Shown: one piece after another, positions 1-12,662 of the stretch
Position numbering within the stretch: position 1 is the first letter of the stretch
Layout: each line of letters begins with the position of its first letter
Source of the DNA: Marsupella aquatica
Taxonomy: Eukaryota; Plantae; Marchantiophyta
Assembly: GCA_973895155.1 (NCBI GenBank)
Contig: OZ316896.1
Span: forward strand, 19,146,754-19,210,753
Direction of reading: 5' to 3'
Length of the DNA stretch: 64,000 nucleotides
Position numbers and translations under genes: made by a program
The notes under the pieces: model-generated
Databases searched by the model: none
Told to the model about the DNA's origin: nothing
The model's input: only the letters and a program-made list of their open reading frames with translations

Positions 1-689
1 CATTGTGTGACTCTTTGAACTCCATATTAGGAAAGCTGTACACTGTAGAACTGTCTCATTTTCTTGTCATTGTTTCACTCCGACAAGGAAAGGACGCAGT
101 CACGAGACATGGCCGGCGTTTCCGTGTGGCACGTTGGAGACAAAAACCGAGCTCGGACAAAACAGATGATTTTCTACATGGGCAGAAATTGCAGTCGAGG
201 GTCTGGTTGTTTCATGGGCAAGAAAATAGATCCTGGAATGAATCACCAAGACAAGGTCTGGAAACGCGCTGAACAAACCGTGTAATGTTTAGAGTTCCCC
301 GTTGTCGACTTCTGCTGTACATGGGCAAATCATATTAAACAAGCTTCGCGAGCCATGCAGCATCCAATTGTTGAATGTTTCGCACAAGAATTTCGGGAAC
401 GTCCCGTTTTGTTGGTGGAAACGATACAACTGAATCGGCCCTGCGAAGGGAGAAGAAGAAAAAGATGGAGTCAACTTTCAAATGCGAGACTACGAGAATT
501 GTCCGCGACAAAGAAGAACATTCCGTGGAAAGGGACCGACATTCTCGACTATAATTACTGCCACAGTAGTAATAAATATACTAGTAATAGAGCTAACTTT
601 AGCCAAACATCTGACTATGGTTACACTAATTATTATAACAAAATAACTCTAGACCTAAGATAAATGCCTAACAATTCATTATACTTCCT

Positions 690-910
690 TGAACCAAATA
701 AGTACACGGGATTTTAGGCTATCAAACTCCTCTTGGTGACCTCCAATGAGATTATTTCTCCGGAGTTTCAGTTTGTTGCTCAGGAAGGTTTTAGTTCTTA
801 TGAACCAAGTAGGTCCACGGGTTTAGGCTATCAAACTCCTCTTGGTGACCTCCTATGCAGTTATTTCTTCAGAGTTTCAGTTTGTTGCTCAAGAGGGTTT
901 TAGTTCTTAT
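690..910. repeat. Tandem duplication, ~110-bp unit x2
   Basis: tgaaccaa...tttaggctatcaaactcctcttggtgacctcc...gagtttcagtttgttgctca...ggttttagttcttat occurs at 690-800 and again at 801-910. Confidence 0.9.
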
Positions 911-1970
911 GCACTTGTTGGGTTTAGGGTTTGGGGACTCTTGGGCTTTTTGGCACTTTGATCTTCTTAGGTTTTACCTTTGGTCTCCTGCCTTTGGGGA
1001 TTTGGGTGCTTTTTCGCTCTATAAGTTCTCAAGCTAGCACGACATTGAGAAGAGTGTTTTGGTAGGGGTGTAGATTCCTTGATAATTAGAGCCCAGCTCT
1101 CTTTCATTCCCCCCAATATACAATTGACTCATTAAAGCAATGGTGGATGATCAGTGCTTTCCATATTAAGCTTTCCAAAGTGAGGCCAAAGTGGCGGCCC
1201 CAACAAGATTCCAAGTCACAGTTTCCATATATAGTTCCCCTGGTTACTTTGGTGAACTTGTCATCCATATACAAAATCATGGCATTTGTATAAATACAAA
1301 AAAAAATAGTGACAGTGTTGTAAATTAGAACATCTTTCCTGGCAAAGTACTTAAAATTTGATAGAGTGTCTCCAAACTGGGAAGTAAGCCAAAGTTATTC
1401 TTTATGATCAATCTTGTAACTCCTATGGGACCCTCGATGGGACCCGGTTGACAACTTAGAAAAATGTGGGAGGCAGCAGATGTGCCCCACAAGGCAGGGG
1501 TTGCAGCCTACCTGAGTCTCCCAGTGTATATCCCACAGCTGTCACACCTAAAGCAACAGCCATTGCCATGTCAGGCCCAACCAAGCACCTTCAATTGAGC
1601 CTTTTGCAAATTTACTAACTGAAACCTAAAACTAGCAGGAAATTTGCTAAAATCATTTAACCCCATAATTTGTCATATGTGCATAATGTTTACTCCAAGT
1701 CCCGCTATCTGCGCTCTACTTTACACTAGCCAAATGACCCGTTCCTTACCTAAATAGATATGAAGAGTACTGTTGAACAATAAAATATATGTTATTTTGC
1801 TTAGTCTTTGCCCCATCTTTGTTTTTTGTCTATTCTCATTTCAGTTTTGTCTTTATATACAGTCAATGTCACTTTTGTCAATCCTTTGATTTTAAATGAA
1901 TCTTATCATCTCAGTTTTGTCTCTACTAGGAGTTATGGTCTAGAGGTTTCACCATATACCTAGACCCTTA

Positions 1971-2086
1971 AAAGTAGATTTCAGTTGGAGCTTGTATAAT
2001 AAGATTACAATTTTCTATCTTGAAAACTCTTGAAAGTAGATTTAAGTTGGAGCTTGTATAATAAGATTACAATTGTATATCTTAAA
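1971..2086. repeat. Tandem duplication, 62-bp period x2
   Basis: aaagtagattt(c/a)agttggagcttgtataataagattacaatt starts at 1971 and at 2033. Confidence 0.85.
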
Positions 2087-3540
2087 ATCCGAGTCCGCCA
2101 AAACAATAACAATCAAAAGTTGGGTTCCGTGTGGACTGATAGCCCTCTACAGCAGAGTACTGGAGGTCCGATCTTGCTTGCTGACGCCGTTCCTTACTCC
2201 ACCACGTAACCTGCACTACAGTGTTGTACTATAGTAGTTCACCGTCATATAAGGAGTTACTGTGGTGCCAGTACGAGTCCTCACAGCACCACGTAACCTG
2301 CACTACAGTACAAAACTGTGGTAGTTCACTATTACAAGGAGTAACCGTACCGCTAATACGTAGAGCGAAGCAGCATTCACTGAGAAACCTTTCTAAGCGC
2401 TCTTTAAAAAGTCTTCGTATTTGCTATAAGCACCCTGATTTTGGGGGATTTTAGGAACTGCTCTGTATTTGTAGGGAACTAATTACAATTTTCCCATACG
2501 TTGCGTGTTATTGTTGAAAATAACTTATGTTAAACAAAAATGTTGTCTAACTTAAGTATGACATCACAACTTTCCAACGAAATTGATACTGTATACTTTT
2601 TCGCTTTTTTCAGAAAACGAGTACCGAAAATGTATGTCTCTTGAATTTAGGGACAGGACTTTCGTTTGCAAGTTTTTATTTTCTTGCCAGACCTACAGCC
2701 TTCCCTTAGGATAGGCATCACAATTCAAACACTGTTGAGTGTCACATCTAGGTCCGGATTGGCATTCTCATGAAACTGTGTCCAACTGGAGTCCTACTGA
2801 GTTGCCGTGGTCACATCACATCACACCGTCCCCCCACCACACAAACAAAATTTCCTGCCCATCAAATTTACTAGTCTTCCCAATTCCCATCCACGAAAAG
2901 CTCAGCCAGGTTTCCCATTTTGGGAAATGAATTGCAATTTCTCTAAAATGAGAGTTACTTCTATTGTAAAATGCTTGATGCCAGTGTGTGAGTCGTATGG
3001 AGAGAGTTCAAACACCAAACTTGCATATCCAATCTCAATAACATAACATAAAATTATACCATTAGAATTCTGGGATGATTGAGATATCTACATCTAGTAT
3101 AGTAACTAAGTCACTAAGTAGGTCTCCTATTTTGAGAATAGTGTCTCCTGGTTGTGAGCCACTGAGCCTTCTAATTTTTGGTAGTCCCCTGATGTGTGCC
3201 TTGTTTATTGGGTCTCTTATCCTAAAGTATAATACACAGTTGTGCCACTTTTTAGAGTGGTAGTCATTCAAATTTGAAGGGCATAAAAATTTAAAAATGT
3301 GATCAAAGGTAAGTAATAAAATCAAAATGTGGATTGAGTTTAGTGTGACACAAAAAGTTACACCATTGTCCAAGACAAGCCAAATAATCACACGAGACAC
3401 CCCAAAAAGTGAAAAACTTTAATTAATGCACGACAATCAATGCACGAGGATCAAGGAGGATACTCCCTCCAGGCCTCCATGATCCGTATTGTATATACTC
3501 AGAGTATTCTATATATTCAATATTATGTGCAACATAGTTT

Positions 3541-5029
3541 TGTATAATAGTGATAAGAGGAGTTTAATTGCTAATAATATTTTAGTCACTTGATAAATAA
3601 AAAATTATTCTCCCAATATTTGTGGTGATTTTTAGAGTCATTTGCACTATCCTTTTCAATGCCAAAAAACAACAATAATAAGACCCAAAGACATAGTGAA
3701 ATGCATGACACGGACGTTGATGGCAAGTTGTCGGGCGAGGGGCACACTTGCAATGTAGGGCAGCCCCTCGAAGGGCTCCAGTCGCACACGGGTGGGGAGG
3801 GAGGGGGCGGCGAGCGAGTGGAGTGATGGTGAAATGGGGAAAAGGGGGAGGTTAAGGTTTAAAAAGAACATAAGAGGAAAAAAAGTTTAAAAGGGGGGAA
3901 AAACACCTCTCATTTTGTTATACTTTTGTGGTTGTCATAGCCAGTGGTTTGTGCAATGATGTCTTTTATTCAAAGAATTTTTTTGTGCAAGGAGAAAAAA
4001 GAAAAAGGGAACTTTTGTGGCTGCCGTGGCCAGTATTTTGCACAATGATATCTTTCATTCAACAAAAAGTTTTGTGCAATTTTTTATTCAATGATATCTT
4101 TTGCACCATGAGCTATTTCTCAACAACATCTTTAACCAAACAACATCTTTTATGCAACGCACGGGGATTGAAAGGATAACGATAAAATGGTCATCTTTGC
4201 TAAACCCTTAAACCTGAAACCGATAATATAACATTGCGCCAATGTATAGAGTGGTCGCCATTCAAATGCAAGGGCATTTTGGGTAAAAAACAAACAAAGA
4301 AAAAGACTTGCTCCTTCTCTCCTTGACTTTTTACTTCATAACATCTTTCACATAATGACAACTTGAATGAAACGACACTTTTTTTTTCTTTATAACATCT
4401 TTTACTTCACGATATCTTTGGCAAAATGACACATTTTTCTTATCAACATCTTTCACATAATGGCATCTTTGGCAAAATGATTTCAAGGACATCTTTTGTG
4501 CAATGCACGGGTATTTTCCCTCAACGATGTCTTGGCTGACATGACATCTTTTCCCTCAATGATGTCTTTGCTGACACGACATATTTTTTCTCAACGACAT
4601 CTTGCCCGACATGACAATTGTTTTCTTGACAACATCTTGGCCGACATGACATCTTTTTTCTTAACGACCTCTTGACCGACATGACAAATGTTTTCCTCAA
4701 TGACTTCTTTTCTCTTAACGACCTCTTGGCCATCTTTTTTTCTCAACGACTTCTTTTCTCTCAACGACCTCTTGGCCGACACAACATCTTTTCTCTCCAT
4801 GACCTCTTGGCCGACACTACATCTTTTTTCTCCACGACCTCTTGGCCGACACTACATCTTTTCTCTCCACGACCTCTTGGCCGACACAACATCTTTTTCT
4901 CTCCACAACCTCTTGGTTGACACTACATATTTTCTCTCAACGACCTCTTGGCCGACACGACATCTTTTTTTCTCAACGACATCTTGGCCGACATGACTTC
5001 TTTTGTGCAACGCACGGGTATTGAGCTAG
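3541..5029 (+). mobile_element. Non-autonomous Helitron-like element (5' boundary approximate)
   Basis: 3' end gtgc-aac-gcac hairpin followed by gggtattgagCTAG|T (CTAG 5026-5029), the canonical plant Helitron terminus; no Rep/helicase ORF; homologous to an inverted copy at 31718-32700. Confidence 0.7.
4520..5000. repeat. Minisatellite, ~35-37-bp unit, about a dozen diverged copies, inside the Helitron
   Basis: Unit approximately tctcaacgacctcttggccgacacgacatcttttt; it produces the repetitive spurious ORFs at 4521-5024. Confidence 0.9.
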
Positions 5030-5240
5030 TCTTTGATATTATGCCTCTAAATATTGGCCTTCTACTTTTGGTTCTGTGACGTATATTAGATTGGCAACTA
5101 GTACTCTTATAGCTACATACTAGATAAAGATACAGTGAATTGGGAAAATTAAGTGACCAAAATATTTACAAATGAGATTTAGGCGATTATTCGAATTCCC
5201 CTACAGCAAATGTGGACCAGTACAGTTCCCTTCGCTGGCC

Positions 5241-6435
5241 GCTGTACCTCCCCATTTTAGGGCCAAGGAAAAAACAAAAAGGAACAAAACAATACGTGCA
5301 AGGACTGTACGTTTTCCAAGAAAGAAAAAGGCGGCCCTCACTGTCTGGCACTCTGGCAGGGACAAGCGCCATAAGGACACCACTGGGCACTGGGCCCTCA
5401 TGACTTCGTCCTGTCCCTTGCTTTCCAGGCCTGACGCTGATCCAACTCAGTGGGGCCTTTGAAGTTTGTTGACGAGACAGGTGTGCTCGATTCGAGGGAG
5501 TGCAGTACAGTGATCAAAGTACAAACCCAAGCCTGCACTTATCCATGGTATGCATTATGTTATATATGCATGTGATATACTTTATGTATTTCTCCATATG
5601 TGCATAGTTGCATCACCAACTAAATGCACGGGAAATCGGGTGTGCAATTTTCCATATGTTGTGTCAGGTCACTCATTCAGTCATTTGGGACTCCTCATAT
5701 GAACTTGAAAACACGGCCCTCAATTCTCACCATGAATTACGACCCTCCAAAGGGTTCTTAATTCTTTTCCAAGGCGCCTCCAAGTTACTTACTGCTCGGG
5801 ACCTTGGCTCTGACAAAGATAATTTTTTACCATTGAGATAAAACTCAAGGCACCTCTTGCAGTAAGTGAACTTTGGGTTCTCACCCTCACCAGATTTTGC
5901 TCCGCATCCTGAATACTTATCAGTAAATGCTTCTTATGTATGCATTGTAATAATTAATAAATATATACATTTACATTTACAGACCTGTACTTATGTACTT
6001 ATCACTAAGTGAATGTAGACCTGCACATATACGGGGTACATTGGAGTATTTTTCCAAAGGAAATAGTTGTAAAGTTAGTCTACTACACAGTAGGCGGTAG
6101 GTAAGCACCGAATGCACTTATATATGATGCACTTATGCACGGTACATTTTACAGTTCGATCCACTAGCAGCTGTACCTCCCGGCCAAGGAAAGAACCAAT
6201 AAGTACAGTACTTGCGTCGTTAGAACAGAGACGGACAGTACCTTTCAGAGAAAGACAAAGGCGGCTCTTACTGTTGTCTGTAGGGACGGAGGACTGGCCC
6301 CTGTGGCCCCCTGTAAGTCGTCCTGTATATGGTCACTTTCCAGGCACGACGCTGATCGAAGAGTGTGAGGGCCCTTGACGTTTCTGGAGGAGACAGATAT
6401 GATTCGCGGTACTGCAGTACGATCATCAAAGTACA
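5241..6435. repeat. Diverged dispersed direct duplication (~270-280 bp; copies 5241-5523 and 6170-6435)
   Basis: Collinear shared blocks: gctgtacctccc, ggccaaggaaa, aaaggcggc, tcgtcctgt, ctttccaggc..gacgctgatc, gagacag, tgcagtac, atcaaagtaca. Confidence 0.75.
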
Positions 6436-6854
6436 GGATTCGTTCCTTGGTCATCTGCTCGTCTCCTACTGTTATGTTAGCTGCCTAATTTACAAAATTT
6501 GATTTGAGTGAACTAGCTCGTTCTTTTAACGTGAATAGTAGGAGAACAATAAAAATATCACCAAAATATATTCTTTATTAACATGTTTTGAAAATTAATG
6601 AAAAAATTAAAAAATTATTAGGCATATCATTTTAATAATCATACATAACATACCATAATATTCTTTTCTATGCATATCCCACTTTCAGTTTTTCTATCCC
6701 ACTTATGCACATATCATATGATGGGGCCATAAAGATTAGTTTTTAATATAAATAGAAATTATAACAAAAAGTAACCATGATTATCATTTGACATAACATA
6801 CATCATAGATATCAGTTTGCACATCCACATGATGAGCCATGGAGTTCCAGTCTA

Positions 6855-7057
6855 GAGACTTCACTCTAGAATCCTAGATCTCAACTCTAGCTTGTAGTTG
6901 GAGATTTATAAATAAGATTACCCAAACTTCCATCAGAACTGTTTGAAGCCCCATGGAGACTTCACTCTAGAATCCTAGGTCTCAACTCTAGCTTGTAGTT
7001 GGAGATTTATAAATAAGATTACCCAAACTTCCATCAGAACTATTTGAAGCCCCATGG
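6855..7057. repeat. Near-perfect tandem duplication, 101-bp unit x2
   Basis: gagacttcactctagaatcctag...gaagccccatg starts at 6855 and at 6956, with about 2 mismatches. Confidence 0.95.
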
Positions 7058-10000
7058 ACAACAAAGTTGGTTGTTAAACACCCATGGGTCATATTTTGAA
7101 TTTGAGTTTAGTTTTTAATAAGTATGTTTATATATTCAAATATTTTGTAGTTTGAGTATGTAGTGTAGTATATGCTAGAGTAAACTACACTTCCATCAAA
7201 CTGTGTATTTTTGGAAATTTGGTTGAATTTCTCATCATAAAACTAAGAGTAATTCCATTAGATTAATTTCCAGTGTGTTAAAATGAAATATTTGGACTTA
7301 CCTATTTTTGACCTCCTCCTTCTCTAGTTTTCTTGCAAGTGCAAACTAAGGATTATTTTAGTACTCATGATCATCAAGTCATGGCCCCAAACTCCCATGG
7401 ACCACCAAAATGTGGTCCTGGGGAGCACCGATCCCAAATGGTGGTCCTTCCTGGCTTCAGTTTACCATCAGAATCTGCACATAGAAGATAAAACCCCAAA
7501 ATGAATCTGCTTTAAAATATTTGAATGGGGAACATATGAAAGTGAATGAGCAGAAACCTTAAGTGAATGACAGAAGAAAAATGACAGTGAAATAACCTCA
7601 ATTTATTCTTGGCTTTATTTTCATGCAAATAGTGTCTATTTAGTTGCAAAACAATCAAGTTTGCAACTATTGCAAGCACCTAAGTAAGTGACAAAAGAGT
7701 CCTAAATGTATGCTAAATTCCATGAAGTTTGTAATTATTTTGTCCTTGCTACATTTCATGCTGCCTAAAACAGCCCCCAAAGGGATTCTGTGTGAATTTT
7801 GGAAGGAAATGCGGTGTGAAAGGTTAGCCTCTGTCCCTGCCATGGTCGCTCCTGGTGCCTTGCTTATTGGAACTGTGTAAGTACTCCAGGTCACCCGGAG
7901 TACTCACTTTCAAAGCGCAAATGTCGAGTCCACAGATATGTGTCCTTCCGCAGCCCTCCGATCGGCAGCTCAATTAATTTTGTCCGTTCATCAAATTAGT
8001 CAATCTATGGTTCAAAATTCAGATCCTTTTGGGATCTAGGTCTCAGAAAAACCAGATTATCAGATGATGAAAAGTGAGGGAGAAATTGATAATAAAAAAA
8101 AACAGTCCAAACAATCTCATTGGTGGAGGCCAAAAATTTGGACAGGTCTGACAGGGACAGGTGGCCTAGGTTACCATCGGGTGATCAGGCACATATTCAC
8201 ACAATCCACTACTATTTGCTCAGTCCATTTTGGGAAGTCAAAGAAAGATCTACCTACAGGGGGTGGGCATAAAGTTGCTCCTGGCACAGTAACAATGCAA
8301 AGTGCCAAATTGTAGAGGCAGTGGCTTGCTGATTCTCAAGAGCCAAAGAGTTATTTTTACTTGCTTCCACATATTTAGGGATGGCCATTTAAAAATTTCC
8401 AGACTTTCATGTTTCATCTCATTTTGACCTCTCCTTGACATCTTGCCCTCACCTCGACATTTTATCCTCACCTCGAAATCTTTTGTGGAATGCATGAGCA
8501 TGGGACTAGTAGTTACATGCTAAACCCAGACCAGACTACAATTATCCTATACTTCCAAGCATATTTTACCAATTGAAGTTTATAAAATAAATTATGACCA
8601 TTATTTCACTCTCTGGGACATATCATGAATGTAATTTTCTCAAAAACTATAGTCTATCTCACTCGTCAACGTTTGAAAATTCTTAGGTAGAAGTTCTTTT
8701 TCTGTGGGAGGTGTGTGGTGTCGCTTGATTAAAGCCCTCCCGGATCTGATCTATCTTGGTGTCCCTTCTCTACAAGGAATCTTTCCTACAGTGAGAGGTA
8801 AATCCGATCACGAACGCAACAGAGTAGGGCCCTGAAAAATGCCCCGATTCATTTTCGGTCAGCGAAGGGCCCGACCCGCCACATCTGGCGACACAAAAAG
8901 AGACTCGACGATGTCTACGTCAGCTTCCAAGCCTGGCCTTTGCTCCGCCGTTGTTGGGTCTCGGCTAAGATAGCGGCGGTCAAGCCACGGAGTCGTTAGT
9001 AAACGAGCACGTTCCGTTGTCATTTATCGTTGAAGACGATTTTGTTAATTAATGACCATACGTCAGGGAGTTTAATGCCTCCTGGATAAATTGGGTCATG
9101 ACACGCCAACAGAGCTTTTAGATAATACGACAGGATTGACGTGTCTTGCAAGACCCTCCGATCCCAAAATTCACAAAATCACTTAATCACAGCCGTATCA
9201 GTGTTTAACGATATTTACCGTTTCTACGGAATGTTCCACCATGTAGACACAAATCAGAGTTTATCAAGTTCCCGTTATAAGGCGTCCACACAACGGTAGA
9301 AAAACCGTCCGTAACCGGTCAAGAGAACGGATTCACACCACCGTCACTGTGTCGAGAGACGGGGACGGTTAGCTACGTCGCCTCCGGTTAGATCACAGAG
9401 CGTGGTGATCAATCTCACTCTGGTTCCGTGTTTGGCTGAAACGTCAACCGGAGCTTCGACGGTGACGATGTGTTCGGAAGAGGACCGCACGGCACCGATG
9501 GGCGATCCGGACAGGTGTCCTATCTGGACGCAATCGAAGCGACCGTGGTTAACGGAAACGGTGACGGCTGCTTGGGTGCGTTTCTTTCTCAACCTCGGGA
9601 GTCGGGTCACTGGTTGGGGGCGATGCTGTAAACCCGCGTGGCCAGAAAGGCAGTCTACTACAGTACAGTGCAACTCTTCGCAGTGCGGCTGGTTCCCCGT
9701 GCGTGCACTGTAAAGCGAGGCAGACAGTACAAGAGTGGGTGGGTCAGGGTGGAAGAAACACGGCAGACGAGGAGGTCTCTGCTCCACTCGTGTTTCTTTT
9801 GTGATTCCTCGAAGTTCTCAACGACGCCTTCGTCGGTGATGGGTACCACAAATGCGACCGGAATGATTCTTCAATGTAGTGTGAATTTGTCCACTGTGAA
9901 GGTGAAGGCGATGGAGAGAGCGGTGAAGTGAATTGGTAATTTGGGGAAGAGGGAGGTGTACCGAAGAGAAGTGGACGTTTTATAAGGAAAGCAAAAGACG

Positions 10001-10652
10001 CGCACGACGAGGTCCTGACGGCATCGCGTGGGACCTTCTTCTTGTCGATCTTGGCAAATTGCCAACAGGACGGTGCTCGGATTGGGTTTGCGCAGCTACT
10101 GTTAAACTGCGGCGAAGCGAAGTGTTAGAGTGGATTTTATTTTTCTGTTGGGAAAAATTCCGTCCTCGTTCTGTGAACTGCGCAAAGAACGGGGGAGTGA
10201 TTGTGATTTGATTTGAGATTCCGCACACCTACCGCTCTTGTTCTTTCCTCATTTCGTCTGTCCGGGGTGGTGGTACTGCGGTGGTGCGGATTGTAAGGGA
10301 AGGGGCAAAAGGGGAGGAATAAGCGCTGTCGACGGTGGTGGCAGGATCAGAGGAGTCGGAGAGCGAGCAGATGACGATGATGTATTTGCTGATGCGCTCC
10401 TACGACTATTCCTATTTTCCGGGGCGTTTATAGAGCGGCCAGGCTGGCTTGTGTGTGCCACTGGGATGGCAATCTCTCGTGAGCTGGGTTCGAGGAGCGT
10501 GTAGAGGACTGTTGTGCTTGACGACGCGTGCAGCACTCGACAGCGGAAGAGGAGGATTGTGTTGCGGTGATAGAGAGGGGGTTTGTTTTGTGAAATTTGT
10601 TGTTGTAGCAGATACTGCACGGAAAGAAACAGAACAGCGGAGGTTGGCTCCG

Positions 10653-11540
10653 ATGGGCATTCAAGCTGAGCTGCCAACCCTGAGGAAGAAAAGGCTGGTG
10701 AGTCTGCTGGAGCCGACCACGGCAACAAAGGCAGGGGCCAAGGTGATGGATCATGAGTCGTGGCAATGGGGGGCGTTTGAGAATTTGTCGATTGATGCTG
10801 ATCAGGTCTCACATCCCACTCGGTTCAACTGCGCAGATGCCGCAACTCTCGCTGAAAGTCCAGATGCGTCTCTGAAACACTTGATATCTCCCTCCACCAC
10901 TGGCTCATCTCCTCCTTCCCCTTCATCCCCTCTTTCTGCAACATCGTCCACTTCCAGAGGGGTTTGTGCGGACCCCTTCGGTGGAAATGTAAATGATCAT
11001 CGGAGATTGAAAAAGCGGAGCGATGAGAAGGATTTGAGCCCAATGTCGTTTAACGGTGAATTCCGGCCCTCAAGGTGGGATTCGGGTCGGTGGCAGGGTG
11101 GTAATAGCTTTGAGGAGTGCACCTCCGGGAGTCCTAAGGGAAATGGTGTATGTAAGTGTGCAGCTGGTCTCACAGCAGATGTGGCGGTGGTGTGCTGCTG
11201 CTGCCCGTTCTCGCTGCTCTATCTTCTCGCCATTGCGTTCGTGAAGCTTCCCGCTGCTTTTGTGTCTAAGACAGCAACGAGAATGAAGCAAAAGATTGTG
11301 GCGAAAAGGAAGAGAGCGGCTGTTCATGAAGAGGAGGAAGACAGCGTTCCAGCACCAAGTTGTCCGCCGTCCAGGTGTAGATCTTACGAGGATAGAGATA
11401 TCCAAACTTGGGAACCCGCTCTGGCGTTCGGAGACCAAAAGCTGTGGAGAGATTATTTCGATTCTCCGGATGCCACAGGAGTCTGGAGTGATGGAGAATT
11501 ACGGAAAGGCAATGGTGAATTACTGAGAGGGAAGTCGTGA
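10653..11540 (+). CDS. Single-exon plant protein of unknown function with a Cys-cluster hydrophobic segment (At3g11690/At5g06380-like family), ~295 aa
   Basis: First in-frame ATG of the 363-codon ORF is at 10653; motif AGLTADVAVVCCCCPFSLLYLLAIAFVKLPA, then a basic stretch and a C-terminal LW..YF...G.W motif as in this plant family; Ser-rich N-terminus. Confidence 0.75.
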   Translation: MGIQAELPTLRKKRLVSLLEPTTATKAGAKVMDHESWQWGAFENLSIDADQVSHPTRFNCADAATLAESPDASLKHLISPSTTGSSPPSPSSPLSATSSTSRGVCADPFGGNVNDHRRLKKRSDEKDLSPMSFNGEFRPSRWDSGRWQGGNSFEECTSGSPKGNGVCKCAAGLTADVAVVCCCCPFSLLYLLAIAFVKLPAAFVSKTATRMKQKIVAKRKRAAVHEEEEDSVPAPSCPPSRCRSYEDRDIQTWEPALAFGDQKLWRDYFDSPDATGVWSDGELRKGNGELLRGKS

Positions 11541-12662
11541 CGTCCTCCAGAATAATTCCAGTGTAGCATCACGAATTTCCAGCAAATAGAGGGCCCAATC
11601 TTTAGAAAGGACTTCTTTTAAAGCAAAGTTCCGGATGTCCACACGCAGGGCTTCTAGAAAATTCGATTATTGTAGTCCTGGGCTTCTGACGAGCAGTAGA
11701 AATTTGGATGTTCATTGAACCTGGGGATGCAACAGAACATTTTTGGATGGTTTGAAGCAACTGCTTCAATCATATCCGTTGTTGCTCGGAGGGTTGTTGA
11801 GGCCGACCGGCAAGCAATGCAAGACCCTTGGAGATTGGCTGTCAACTTTCCACATCTAGTTTGGGTTTCTAGGTTGAAGTTCTGTCGATGCCGATGGGAG
11901 TTTCTTTCTTGGTGCGGGTGGACTGACTCTGGCACGTTGATACTTACGTCCCGCACTCAGACTGGATTGGTTTCCATATGGCAGTGACCCATGTCGTTCT
12001 TGGCTGCGAGAGAACAAGTCATATTGCTCCAATTAACCTATGATCATCAATGACGGGAGACGGTGAATTCTATTCGGAGCGAGGACATGTGTGTAGCTGA
12101 GTCGTACAAATTCTTAGCGTGGTGTCCGATGCAGTCACCAATGATTGGTGCGTGGACAGGTGCGGAAACTGTGAATAAGTTCAAATTTTGATCGGCCGGA
12201 CAATTCTGGCGAGATGTTGGTGGAAGGTGCGGAGGAGTACGAATTTCGTTGTTCCCGAGGTTGCTAAGCGAGCTGTAGGTCACACTCTAAGTTCGTGGCC
12301 CAGGAAGACGGAGGGAGTCAACTTCATGTCAAATAATTAGTTTCAGGATGGTTAGAGATGTACAAGTAGGGAGAGTGTAATTTTGGAGGAGTCGTGGAGC
12401 GCGGGTGATTGTCTAGTATGGAAAGACTTTCGTATGTTTTCGTCTTAGGAAACAGTCATAGAATTTGTATAGTGATATTCCATTCTTCTTTACAAGCCTT
12501 TCTGTGAAGGCTTTGGGCTTGAAGAGTTGCCGAAAAGGTTTGGTACTGTAATTGTGACAGTGGACTGCTATTATTTTGTCCAGAAATTGAAAATTTGAAC
12601 GAAGCTATCCGATCTCATCAAGGATAACAATTATTACTGGGAGTCTGTTCTGATTGGCCTCT

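Noticed and set aside
1-663. Short ORFs at the window start and a possible minus-strand acceptor near 442
   Set aside because: No recognisable protein motif; may be UTR of a gene outside the window but cannot be supported
4520-5000. ~36-bp repeat array superficially like a CRISPR array, and the repetitive ORFs over it
   Set aside because: Units are head-to-tail and degenerate with no unique spacers; eukaryotic context with no cas genes; it is a minisatellite inside a Helitron
10449-10652. N-terminal extension of the 363-aa ORF
   Set aside because: Relies on a non-ATG start; in a eukaryotic gene the first ATG (10653) is the likelier start
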